64,000 nt of DNA from an uncultured Bacteroidales bacterium (GTDB taxonomy: Bacteria; Bacteroidota; Bacteroidia; Bacteroidales; VadinHA17), in assembly GCA_963840965.1 (NCBI GenBank), contig CAWJAW010000003.1, forward strand, positions 269,714 through 333,713. Direction: 5' to 3'. A program made the translations under genes and the position numbers. The notes under the pieces were generated by a model. It ran no database searches and was not told where the DNA came from. It saw only the letters and a program-made list of their open reading frames with translations. Below, piece after piece: positions 9,250 through 17,761 of this stretch. The first letter of the stretch is position 1. Each line of letters begins with the position of its first letter.

Positions 9250-9936
9250 TCAAAACTCAAAATAATATCCGTAACCTGTCTTATTCTTCAGATTCTGCCC
9301 ATACGATCCTAATTTGGTCCTTAGCCTGGTAATATTTACATCTACCGTTCTCTCGGTTACTATAATATCTTTTCCCCAGACGCTCGTCAGTATCTCATCC
9401 CTCGAAAAGACTCTGGTCTGGTTTTCGAGCAGGAGTTTAAGTATCTCGAATTCCTTTTTGGTCAGCTCAATCTTTTCATTGTTTATTATTAGTCTTTTCC
9501 TGACAGTATCGAGCTCGATATCCCCGAACTTCATCAACGAAGTTTGTTTCGCCCTGTCGCTCCTGGCACGCTTAAGCACGGCCTTTACCCTTGCCGTCAA
9601 TTCGTTGATGGAAAAAGGTTTTGCTATGTAATCATCAGCTCCCAGACTGAAACCTGTAAGAATATCATTTTCCGTATCCTTTGCAGTAAGGAAAATTATC
9701 GGAACATTGACTGCCATTTCTTTCCTTACCTTGTCGGCAAGCCTGAATCCCGACATAGGACCCATCATTACATCAAGGAGTATCAAATCGTAGCTGATGA
9801 GAGGCAACTTCAATGCATCCTCTGCCGAATGCACCACCTCTGTTATGTATCCTGCATTTCCAAGGTTGTACTGAAGAATTTCACAAAGATCCTCTTCATC
9901 GTCAACAATCAGTATTCGTTTGTTTCGGGTGTCCAT
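9250..9936 (-). CDS. OmpR/PhoB-family response regulator
   Basis: Receiver domain (ILIVDDEEDL, LLDVMMP-like, TAKD) plus a winged-helix C-terminus (LTKKEFEILKLL...GYGYYF). The start was moved to MDTRNKRILIV at 9936. The track start at 10038 adds an implausible extension. Confidence 0.85.
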   Translation of the reverse strand: MDTRNKRILIVDDEEDLCEILQYNLGNAGYITEVVHSAEDALKLPLISYDLILLDVMMGPMSGFRLADKVRKEMAVNVPIIFLTAKDTENDILTGFSLGADDYIAKPFSINELTARVKAVLKRARSDRAKQTSLMKFGDIELDTVRKRLIINNEKIELTKKEFEILKLLLENQTRVFSRDEILTSVWGKDIIVTERTVDVNITRLRTKLGSYGQNLKNKTGYGYYFEF

Positions 9937-9985
9937 GTGAAGGGTAATATGGTATAAAAGTAATAAAATTGATGATAACCAACGT

Positions 9986-10030
9986 GGTAAAATGCCCGTC
10001 AGAACCGGTAGCATCGGTTCAACGGGCATT
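9986..10030 (-). terminator. compound hairpin plus T-run after the TonB-dependent receptor gene
   Basis: Outer stem AATGCCCGT/ACGGGCATT and inner stem GAACCG/CGGTTC, followed on the minus strand by TTTTACC. Confidence 0.5.
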
Positions 10031-10058
10031 ATAACCAATCATGCGTCAGAACACCAGC

Positions 10059-12962
10059 TTAAAACAGAGCATAGCTCAGTTTCAGGTGGCAGGTTATCCC
10101 CGGATCCAGTTTGGTGAAAAACTGGTCGGTCGGATTAAAGGATTTAAATACCGATTCTTTTTTATCATTAAGAAGATTATCGATTTTAAGTTCCAGCTGC
10201 ATCTTTTTTTCTCTTCCTAGCTTCCTTGATGCGGTAAAATTAAGATTGTGGAAGGGCAATGTATATATATCAGGCCTGTCGGCAATGCCCACATACTGAA
10301 GTGTTTTGCCCTGTACATTGTAGAAGATGCCGGCTTCAAAACCCGACCAGAATGATCTTTCGCCGCCGGCGTAGGAAATACCGCTGTTAATTATCCAGGG
10401 AGACTGACCTGCCATTTCGCGCACCCTGCTTATCTTCTGCCCCGTACGTGAATTTTCAACCCGTGAGAAATATTCAGTCAGGCTAAGTTCGATTGTTGAC
10501 TCTATAACTGATATATTGGTAGAGAAACTAAAGTTCTCCAGTGCAGCTGTAAGAGTGCCAAGATTCTGGCGAACCTCAAGCTCAAGGCCCAGAACCTGGC
10601 CGTCGCCGACATTCCTCGGCTGGAAGGTGCCTGTCTGGGTCGCGTACTGGACCACCTCTATCGGTTTGTTGAAGTATTTATAGAATCCGCTGAGCGACAA
10701 CATCTGGCCGTCCCTCCGGTATAGCTCCCACCTGAGATCGATATTGTGTATATCAGAGCTCTCCAGGGCGCCGTTCCAGTACTCCCTGCCGGCATTATCA
10801 TCAGCATCACGGAACATGCCGCCCACAAATGTCCTGCCGCTTATAGGATCGGCAATCTCGGCAAACGAAAGTTCCTTGAATGAAGGCCGTGCAATTGTGC
10901 GTGCATAGGAAGCCCTCAGGTTCTGACTTTCATTGAGTTTATATATAAGGTTGACAGAGGGAAAGATTCCGATATCGTCGAGAACCTTGTCGTTATTCAG
11001 AATTATGGAGCCAAGCTGATTCTGCCCGGTGTATCTCTGGGTGAATTTTTCAACCCTTACGCCGGCTATTACTCTTAACCCCCTGAGCAGGGTCAGTTCA
11101 GTCGAAACATAACCTGCCACGTTGTTTGAACTGGCCGAGAACTGGTTTGGATTCGAAGGCAGGAATCCGGCTTCATAGGTTGTTCCGCTGCCATAGTCGG
11201 TTCCGTTCAGAGGCCAGATGTTTTCGGGTCTGAACAACTCATCGGGATCACCTGTCAGTGGCACATTCCTGACATTAAGCATAAATTTCCTAATCATGAA
11301 GTCACGTTCCTTGTATGTGTACGCCCCTCCGAAACTGAATCTTGCTGCTTCGCCATTGAATCTGAATTCCTTTGTTGCATGTACTACTCCGGCGAGATTG
11401 TTCTCTGAAAGCGTCCTCCATATCCTTTCAGGAAATCCCGATTCGGTATTGATAAGGTAATTATCCGTGCTTCCTTCAACATAACGTACGAAACGTGCAT
11501 CGGGATCCTCAATTTTTGAGAATGTGGGTGAGAGCTTCCAGACAAGATCCCATTTGCCATTTTTGAAAGAGTGTTTCCCGTCGAGCAGAATGTTCGTCAG
11601 GGAACGCTGGCTGTATTCCAGGTTATGCTGGTATCCTGAGAAAACGCTTCCCTGATCGGATCCCTCATAATCAAAAACCCCTGCTTTCGATTCTCCGTTC
11701 TGAAGATGAATGATGTTGAGACGGTATTTTGAGTTGGTTGTTTTCACAGCAAATCCGGCCAGCCCGCTGAGAAGCACGCTACTGACACCAAAATTGCCTT
11801 TCTGGAATTCTCTCACTTCCAGATCATTTACATTGGGATCGCTTGACAGCCCGTAACGGCCATATTCCGCGTCCTGGTAAAATTCGGTGTTGTTCTTGTA
11901 CGAAAAACCGACGTTGTAACCGAGAGTAACCTTTTTTAAAGGTATCTGGTTGCCGAAGGTCGCCCCTGCATTGTAATCGATGAAACTCCGCTGTTTTATG
12001 GCTGCCATGTCGGGATTGAAGCTGTGAAGGACATCGCGGTACCTTTCTGCCTGTTCGCCCTGCGGATTTCCTATCACTGATGCGAAGAAGGGAAGATTGT
12101 CGGTGGCGGGAATTGTCCTGGTGCCGTCATCGAATCCCAGGAAATCGGTCTTGCCGCCTTTATAGGTCAGATAGTCGTTCCTGAAATGATAATCGGGATT
12201 GAAACTTGTTCCAATGCTTAGGTTCCCCTTTTTCTCATCCGGGAAATCCCTGAGAGCAATATCAATAATCCCGCCTGTGAAATCGGCCGGCAGTTCGGCG
12301 CTGAACGATTTGTGAACGATGATATTATCGATAAGGTTTGTGGGGAAAATGTCCATCTGCATGGTGTTGCGGTCGGGATCGAGCCCTGGTATATCGACAC
12401 CGTTCAGGATTGTCTTTGTGTAGCGGTCGCCCAGACCTCTTACAAAAACATACCTGCCGCCTTCAACCGACACCCCCGGCACCCTTTTCATTGAGGCTGC
12501 TGCATCAGAGTCACCCATCTTTCTGAAGTTAGCCGACGAGATGCCGTCAACCAGGTTGGGAGATTCCATTTTAATGGCCATGACTGCATTTTCGGTGTTC
12601 CTCTTCATCTCAGCGCTCACGGTCACTTCAGAGAGCCCGAAAGTTGCTGATTTTAAAAGCAGGTTTTCGAGAAGGGTGACATTGCCAGCTGTTACTTTTA
12701 CATCATTTATGGCATATGTCTCATATGAGACAAATGAAAACCGGATATTATAGATGCCCGGCTCAATGGATAGATTAAATTTTCCGTCCAGATCCGTCAG
12801 CATGCCTTTAGTGGTGCCTTCAGCGATAACAGTTACTCCGATGAGAGGTTCTCCGGTTGATTCATCCGTTACTGAGCCTCTTATAATTCCGTTCTGACTA
12901 TGGATTTCATTGAAGAAAAACATCAGAACTCCAGACAGGATTAAAATTTTTTTCAGACGCAT
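10059..12962 (-). CDS. TonB-dependent receptor with carboxypeptidase-regulatory-like N-domain
   Basis: 967 aa. It has a signal peptide, then GIIRGSVTDESTGEPLIGVTV (CarboxypepD_reg-like), a plug domain and a beta-barrel ending in an aromatic residue (YALF). Confidence 0.85.
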   Translation of the reverse strand: MRLKKILILSGVLMFFFNEIHSQNGIIRGSVTDESTGEPLIGVTVIAEGTTKGMLTDLDGKFNLSIEPGIYNIRFSFVSYETYAINDVKVTAGNVTLLENLLLKSATFGLSEVTVSAEMKRNTENAVMAIKMESPNLVDGISSANFRKMGDSDAAASMKRVPGVSVEGGRYVFVRGLGDRYTKTILNGVDIPGLDPDRNTMQMDIFPTNLIDNIIVHKSFSAELPADFTGGIIDIALRDFPDEKKGNLSIGTSFNPDYHFRNDYLTYKGGKTDFLGFDDGTRTIPATDNLPFFASVIGNPQGEQAERYRDVLHSFNPDMAAIKQRSFIDYNAGATFGNQIPLKKVTLGYNVGFSYKNNTEFYQDAEYGRYGLSSDPNVNDLEVREFQKGNFGVSSVLLSGLAGFAVKTTNSKYRLNIIHLQNGESKAGVFDYEGSDQGSVFSGYQHNLEYSQRSLTNILLDGKHSFKNGKWDLVWKLSPTFSKIEDPDARFVRYVEGSTDNYLINTESGFPERIWRTLSENNLAGVVHATKEFRFNGEAARFSFGGAYTYKERDFMIRKFMLNVRNVPLTGDPDELFRPENIWPLNGTDYGSGTTYEAGFLPSNPNQFSASSNNVAGYVSTELTLLRGLRVIAGVRVEKFTQRYTGQNQLGSIILNNDKVLDDIGIFPSVNLIYKLNESQNLRASYARTIARPSFKELSFAEIADPISGRTFVGGMFRDADDNAGREYWNGALESSDIHNIDLRWELYRRDGQMLSLSGFYKYFNKPIEVVQYATQTGTFQPRNVGDGQVLGLELEVRQNLGTLTAALENFSFSTNISVIESTIELSLTEYFSRVENSRTGQKISRVREMAGQSPWIINSGISYAGGERSFWSGFEAGIFYNVQGKTLQYVGIADRPDIYTLPFHNLNFTASRKLGREKKMQLELKIDNLLNDKKESVFKSFNPTDQFFTKLDPGITCHLKLSYALF

Positions 12963-12984
12963 AATTGATTGGTTATTGATAACT

Positions 12985-13019
12985 ATAAAATCCGCAGGCT
13001 GTTACGCCTGCGGATTTTT
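12985..13019 (-). terminator. hairpin between the lipoprotein gene and the TonB-dependent receptor gene
   Basis: TCCGCAGGC-tgttac-GCCTGCGGA is flanked by A-run and T-run. On the minus strand it is followed by TTTTATAG. Confidence 0.5.
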
Positions 13020-13031
13020 CATGATTATATT

Positions 13032-14456
13032 TTAAAAATTGGTTAGTGAGCCGGAAACTGCAGTCCACGACCAGCCCAGGAAAACATCCGGGTTTGCACC
13101 CTCTGTGTTTGCTCCTGTTGCTACGGCTGTCGTGAAAGCATCGCTTCCACCCTTGAAAAAATCGGTAAGAACTGTACTGGCCGGTAAAGTAGCCTGCAGA
13201 TTTGAGATTGTGCAGACGTAAGCTGTCGGAAGTTCATCAAAATCCTGTCCAGCCTTAAGTCCGAAGAAGTAAATCCCTTCCAGGTCGACGTTTGAGTTCG
13301 GATCGAGGTCAGCAAGGCCCTGGGCATCTCCGGCATAGCATGATCCGTTTTTCAGTATGTGTTTCGCTACCATAGTGCCTTCCGGACCGTCCAGCTCGAG
13401 ACATTCGTCACCGGGATTGATTACTATAAAGTTGTCGAGAGTTCCTCCCCACGACTGGTCAGTGTCGATGGCATCGTCGCCGGTATTCCAGACAATCGCA
13501 TTCTTTACATTTACAGTTCCTCCAAACCACTCGATGCCATCATCCTGGTTGGAGACAATTTCCACGTGTTCAATGACAGTCCCGGTGCCGACACCGCCAA
13601 GTGTAAGTCCGTTTATTTCGTTTCCTTCACCAATGTTTGCACCACCATGACGAATGGAAACATATCTTAGAATACCTGAATTGTCAGCCGGATCGGTGCC
13701 CCCGTAAAGACCGTTAAGATCGGAAGCGGGGATACCCTCGATCTGCATTGCTTCGGCTTCGGCTGAGATCGGAGCCCTTCCAAGTATCAGGAGTCCGCCC
13801 CACAACCCATTCATTGTAGGAGCCAGGTTGGGACTAGCAATCTCACCGGGAATTATGTTATCGGAGACGGATGTAAAAATAATAGGTGAATCTGCCGTGC
13901 CTTCAGCCATGATTTTTCCTCCGCGGGCAATCATAAGCGCGGTGGCGTTTGACTCTGAGCCTTCACGTCCCTTGACAATAACTCCGGGCTGAATTGTAAG
14001 AGTGACTCCCGATACTACTGTTATACGGCCTTCGAGAATATATATGTTGCCTGTAGTCCATGTGGTGTTTACCGTAATGTTCTGTGTAACTGAGATAACA
14101 GGAACACCTTCTATTGTAAGTACCGCAGTAGCGCTTACAATCTGGCTGTCATTATCAGTAAGTGTCAGAATCACCGATCCGGCTCCGATATCCTTTCCGG
14201 CAGTGAATGTTACTACAATTGTTCCTGATTCTGTTCCTGTACTGGCATCGTTCTTAATTTCCGCCTCACCTCCCGTCGCGCTGACGGAGGCTGATTTGAA
14301 TCCTGCCATGGCATTGAAACTGAAACTAAGCTCAACCGTTTCAGTTATCTCCACGGAAGTGCTTTGGGGAACGGTTATTACGGGCGGATCATTTTCCTTC
14401 TTGCAGCCTGCAAGGATGATTGTAATTAAAGCAATAATGGTCAAAAACTTTTTCAT
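13032..14456 (-). CDS. surface lipoprotein, Ig-like N-terminal region plus parallel-beta-helix-like C-terminal region; function unknown
   Basis: Lipobox MKKFLTIIALITIILAGC. The C-terminal half has repetitive G/N/D-rich turns (GGTVNVKNAIVWNTGDDAIDTDQSWGG). It sits directly upstream of the TonB-dependent receptor gene. Confidence 0.5.
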   Translation of the reverse strand: MKKFLTIIALITIILAGCKKENDPPVITVPQSTSVEITETVELSFSFNAMAGFKSASVSATGGEAEIKNDASTGTESGTIVVTFTAGKDIGAGSVILTLTDNDSQIVSATAVLTIEGVPVISVTQNITVNTTWTTGNIYILEGRITVVSGVTLTIQPGVIVKGREGSESNATALMIARGGKIMAEGTADSPIIFTSVSDNIIPGEIASPNLAPTMNGLWGGLLILGRAPISAEAEAMQIEGIPASDLNGLYGGTDPADNSGILRYVSIRHGGANIGEGNEINGLTLGGVGTGTVIEHVEIVSNQDDGIEWFGGTVNVKNAIVWNTGDDAIDTDQSWGGTLDNFIVINPGDECLELDGPEGTMVAKHILKNGSCYAGDAQGLADLDPNSNVDLEGIYFFGLKAGQDFDELPTAYVCTISNLQATLPASTVLTDFFKGGSDAFTTAVATGANTEGANPDVFLGWSWTAVSGSLTNF

Positions 14457-14623
14457 GATTCATGTTTATTGGTTCTACAAATTTTTTTCTCTTTACTTTC
14501 TGCGGCAAAAGTATGGCCGGGATAATTCAGGACGGTTAAGGAATGATTAAGGTTTTGTTACAAATGAAATCAGGGCCGATGTCACCACCAGGGATACATT
14601 TTATTTTAAAAAGAAAAATATAT

Positions 14624-14884
14624 CGCCCCATACGGGGCTCTGCGGTCAGGGGTTGCCATTAAGGACGGGCTGCGCCCATCCCTAAATCATTATTCGGCCT
14701 ACGGCCTTATCTTTCCCTGATAACAATCTCAGCCCCTGTTGGAGGAAATGATTCCGAACAGGTAGCGAAACGTTTTGCAGAAATCGTCATGTTCCGACAG
14801 TCCCGTCAGGGGCACAATGATTTAGGGCGGGGCAACGCCCCGTTTGGCAGTGTCCACACAACCCGCGAAGCCCCGGATGGGGCG
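14624..14884 (+). repeat. mosaic multi-hairpin repeat, copy A
   Basis: About 260 bp of short GC hairpins (CGCCCCataCGGGGC, GGGCtgcGCCC, GGCCtacGGCC, GGGGCaacGCCCC). It matches the reverse complement of 52441-52698, with a 62-nt block carrying 2 mismatches and exact 28-nt and 15-nt blocks. One extra hairpin module lies at 14896-14920. Confidence 0.85.
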
Positions 14885-15028
14885 CAATGGTTTTGGTCAG
14901 GGCAACGCCCCATTTGGTTTCCGCCAGCCATCTGTGTTGAAAATTATTGTTGTATAGTTAAATTCCCAGTCAGACATCAGCCTCCATGAATGTGAAATTC
15001 ATAACTTGCGTTTTATTTCCATTTTAAT

Positions 15029-15718
15029 ATGACAAGGAGATTATTAATCACGGCAATTTTACCGGTTCTGTTTGTCGGGGTACTTAACTCACAAACAATC
15101 ATTAATCCAAACTATTCACTAAAGAGCCACGAGACTCTCAGGATAATCAAAATTGAACTGAAGCCTGAAGCGGCGATCTTCTATCTGAGTATTGAAAACA
15201 GGATAGAGAACGGTACTTTCTGCGCCGACAGGAATATCTTCCTGATCTACCCGGACGGTAAGAAAAGTAAACTGATTTCTGCTTCCGATATACCTGTTTG
15301 TCCCGATTCACATGTGTTCAAATCACCCGGAGAGAAGCTCGATTTCGTGCTTACCTTCCCACCGGTTGGCAGAGGCGTTGAATGGGTCGACCTTGTCGAG
15401 GAATGCAATGAGAACTGTTTTTCGTTCTATGGAATTGCCCTCAGGGCTGATCTGAATGAAAGGATAGACAATGCCTTCAGACTGGCTGAAAACGATGAGA
15501 CCACCAAGGCCCTGGCCAGCTTCATAGCGCTTGCTGACGAACTGAGCACTGCCAATCATGGCATTCTGGGATTACTTTATATCAACATCATCAAGTTGTC
15601 AGCATTAACAGGCGATCACAAAAAAGCCGGTGAGTGGTACCGGAAGTTCAAGTCATCTGATGCCCCCAGAGTTGAAGAATATCTGGAGCACCTTAACGAT
15701 CAGGGGATAAGGTATTAA
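15029..15718 (+). CDS. secreted hypothetical protein
   Basis: 229-aa ORF with a signal peptide (LLITAILPVLFVGVLNSQ) and a helical, TPR-like C-terminus. No family was recognised. Confidence 0.5.
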   Translation: MTRRLLITAILPVLFVGVLNSQTIINPNYSLKSHETLRIIKIELKPEAAIFYLSIENRIENGTFCADRNIFLIYPDGKKSKLISASDIPVCPDSHVFKSPGEKLDFVLTFPPVGRGVEWVDLVEECNENCFSFYGIALRADLNERIDNAFRLAENDETTKALASFIALADELSTANHGILGLLYINIIKLSALTGDHKKAGEWYRKFKSSDAPRVEEYLEHLNDQGIRY

Positions 15719-15838
15719 GACGGAAGACCGAAGACAGAAGACGGAAGGAAGAACAGGCGAGGGTGTGAGAAGACGAAGGCCCTCTTGCCCTGTGCCCAAG
15801 TTTCGTGCCCGGCGCCCTTCGCCTCGTGCCCTGCACCA
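15719..15838. repeat. short-tandem-repeat block: (GAAGACN)x4 then degenerate GCCCTG/GTGCCC-type units
   Basis: Reads gaagaccgaagacagaagacggaagg ... ttgccctgtgccc...cgtgcccggcgcccttcgcctcgtgccctgcacc. It fills the space between the stop at 15718 and the terminator. Confidence 0.7.
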
Positions 15839-15840
15839 AC

Positions 15841-15871
15841 AAAAAAGGTGCCCTCTTCAGGCACCTTTTTT
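15841..15871. terminator. bidirectional intrinsic terminator between convergent genes
   Basis: AAAAAAGGTGCC-ctcttca-GGCACCTTTTTT. Confidence 0.75.
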
Positions 15872-15890
15872 ATATCTTATAATTCTTATT

Positions 15891-17513
15891 TCAGAAGCTC
15901 AGATCGAGACCGACGCCGAATACAAGTGTGCTCTTCTTGTATGTTTCTGTTGGCATCAGATTAACGCCTCCGAGGTAATGATTGATCTTGACACTGTCGT
16001 CCATGTACTTGGTATAAGATACACCGAGATTGAGCTTCATATTGTCGCTGAAAGCAAAAGCACCGCCGGCTCCGACTGTATGTGTCGAAAGTCCGTAGGT
16101 GAGGTCGCTCTGATAAAGACTGTTGACTCCCTGGTTGGCAAAAGCGTAACCTGCGCTTGCTGCAAGTCTTTCAGTTACATTGATTTCGGCACCTGCCTGT
16201 AACGACAAACCGTTGTTTGCCATGATATCCTCGTTTTTGATAGGAGTCAGGTAGTCCGTTGAGTTTTCAGGGGTCATATCAATAAAATGACCGTAGTCCG
16301 CAGATTTGTCAAAGTAGTAGTTTGCTCCGGCGTTAAGACTGAAAAGCGGGAATCTGATCTCGGCTCCGACAGCCAGCATGGCAGGCATGTCGTTCCTGAT
16401 CTTGGCGCCATTAGGGAACCTGGTGATCGGGCTTTCAGGATCTTCGCCCAGATAACCGGTGGTCAGGTCCTTGGTTGTTTTGTTTGTAAGTTCAAGTTTG
16501 GTAGCCATCTCATACTTAACTGCAATATTGAAGTTCTCACTGGGTGAGATATTGATACTGAAGAATGGAGCAATTCCTGAACCTGACTGCTCAACTTCAG
16601 CTTCCTGATCTTCAAGCAGAGTTGCTTTATTGCCGTAGACCCTTGCTGCTCCGTAGAAAGTGGCCTGGCTCTGAGAAATTGTGAGGGCGGCTGCATTGGG
16701 AACCCCAAGGCTGGTCAGACCACCTACGATAGCGTTCCTGGTTGCTTCGTTGATGACCTCTGCCTGTACCAGCTGATCCGCAGTAAATCCTCCAAGATTG
16801 TTGGTTATAAGCTGATTAAGATTGGAGCCTCCTGCCTGGGCTGTGGCTGCAATCTCACCGATGACAGCTGATGCATCAGCCCATCCGCCAACGGTATTTA
16901 CCTGGACATCCCTCAGATAACCTTCATAGGTGTTCTTTGCTGTGACATATCTTGCACCAGCTGCAACCGACAACCAGTCGTTTACCTTATATGATACTGC
17001 TCCCTGAAATCCGAGGAAGGTTGAGGTTCCTTCGAAATTTATATCCATCTTGTATCCTGTTACCCCATAGGGTGAATTTGCTAGTGAAGGAACCAGGTCC
17101 GACTGACTCATCTCAAATGAAGGAAGACCATCCTCATAGAGTGCTCCGCCGCCGCCACCGATTGGCATGAATCCTACTGAGAAGGCTATCCTGTCCAGTT
17201 TGTAGGCTGCGTAAATTGACGGGAAAAAAGGAGCTGTGACGCTTCCCTCGTAAGTACCTGAATTCAGGTAAGGGTAAGTGCTTTCTATTGTTCTTTTCTG
17301 AAATATTGTCTGATTGTTGAGAGAAAAATGGAATCCGTTATCCATCATCATTAATCCTGCCGGATTGTAGTACACTGCATCTGCCTTTATTGATGCATTC
17401 CTGGAGGGCATCCTGACCCAGGTTGCGCTTTGATTGGTATTGGTGACCAGTCCTCCGGCAAACAGAGTTCCGGAGACTAACGCTGCTGATACAAAAGTCA
17501 ATAGTCTTCTCAT
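15891..17513 (-). CDS. FadL/OMPP1-family outer membrane transport protein
   Basis: 540 aa. It has a signal peptide, the N-terminal GGLVTNTNQSATWVRMPSRNAS...DAVYYNPAGL motif and a beta-barrel ending in F. Confidence 0.65.
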   Translation of the reverse strand: MRRLLTFVSAALVSGTLFAGGLVTNTNQSATWVRMPSRNASIKADAVYYNPAGLMMMDNGFHFSLNNQTIFQKRTIESTYPYLNSGTYEGSVTAPFFPSIYAAYKLDRIAFSVGFMPIGGGGGALYEDGLPSFEMSQSDLVPSLANSPYGVTGYKMDINFEGTSTFLGFQGAVSYKVNDWLSVAAGARYVTAKNTYEGYLRDVQVNTVGGWADASAVIGEIAATAQAGGSNLNQLITNNLGGFTADQLVQAEVINEATRNAIVGGLTSLGVPNAAALTISQSQATFYGAARVYGNKATLLEDQEAEVEQSGSGIAPFFSINISPSENFNIAVKYEMATKLELTNKTTKDLTTGYLGEDPESPITRFPNGAKIRNDMPAMLAVGAEIRFPLFSLNAGANYYFDKSADYGHFIDMTPENSTDYLTPIKNEDIMANNGLSLQAGAEINVTERLAASAGYAFANQGVNSLYQSDLTYGLSTHTVGAGGAFAFSDNMKLNLGVSYTKYMDDSVKINHYLGGVNLMPTETYKKSTLVFGVGLDLSF

Positions 17514-17761
17514 AGGGTAAATTTTAAGTTAAAACTTGGGAATTGCCCGGTTCCTTAAGGAAGCCTGGCTCATATTCCATTTTTTCTGCGTTAATATTTA
17601 ATTCGAACGATTCAAAGAACAAATGAAGCGCAAATGTATGAAAATATTTGAATCATGCAAATAATTCTAAAATAGCATATTGATATCTAACTAATTGTAG
17701 TGGATTTTGACCGCTATTCGAAAAATAGGTTTTTTAGCCGGTGCCCGATCCTTAAAATTTA

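Noticed and set aside
14789-14989. 66-aa ORF (MFRQSRQGHNDLGRGNAPFG...) in the large intergenic region.
   Set aside because: It lies entirely within the mosaic hairpin repeat. Its peptide is just the translation of the GC hairpin modules, and the second repeat copy does not preserve the frame.
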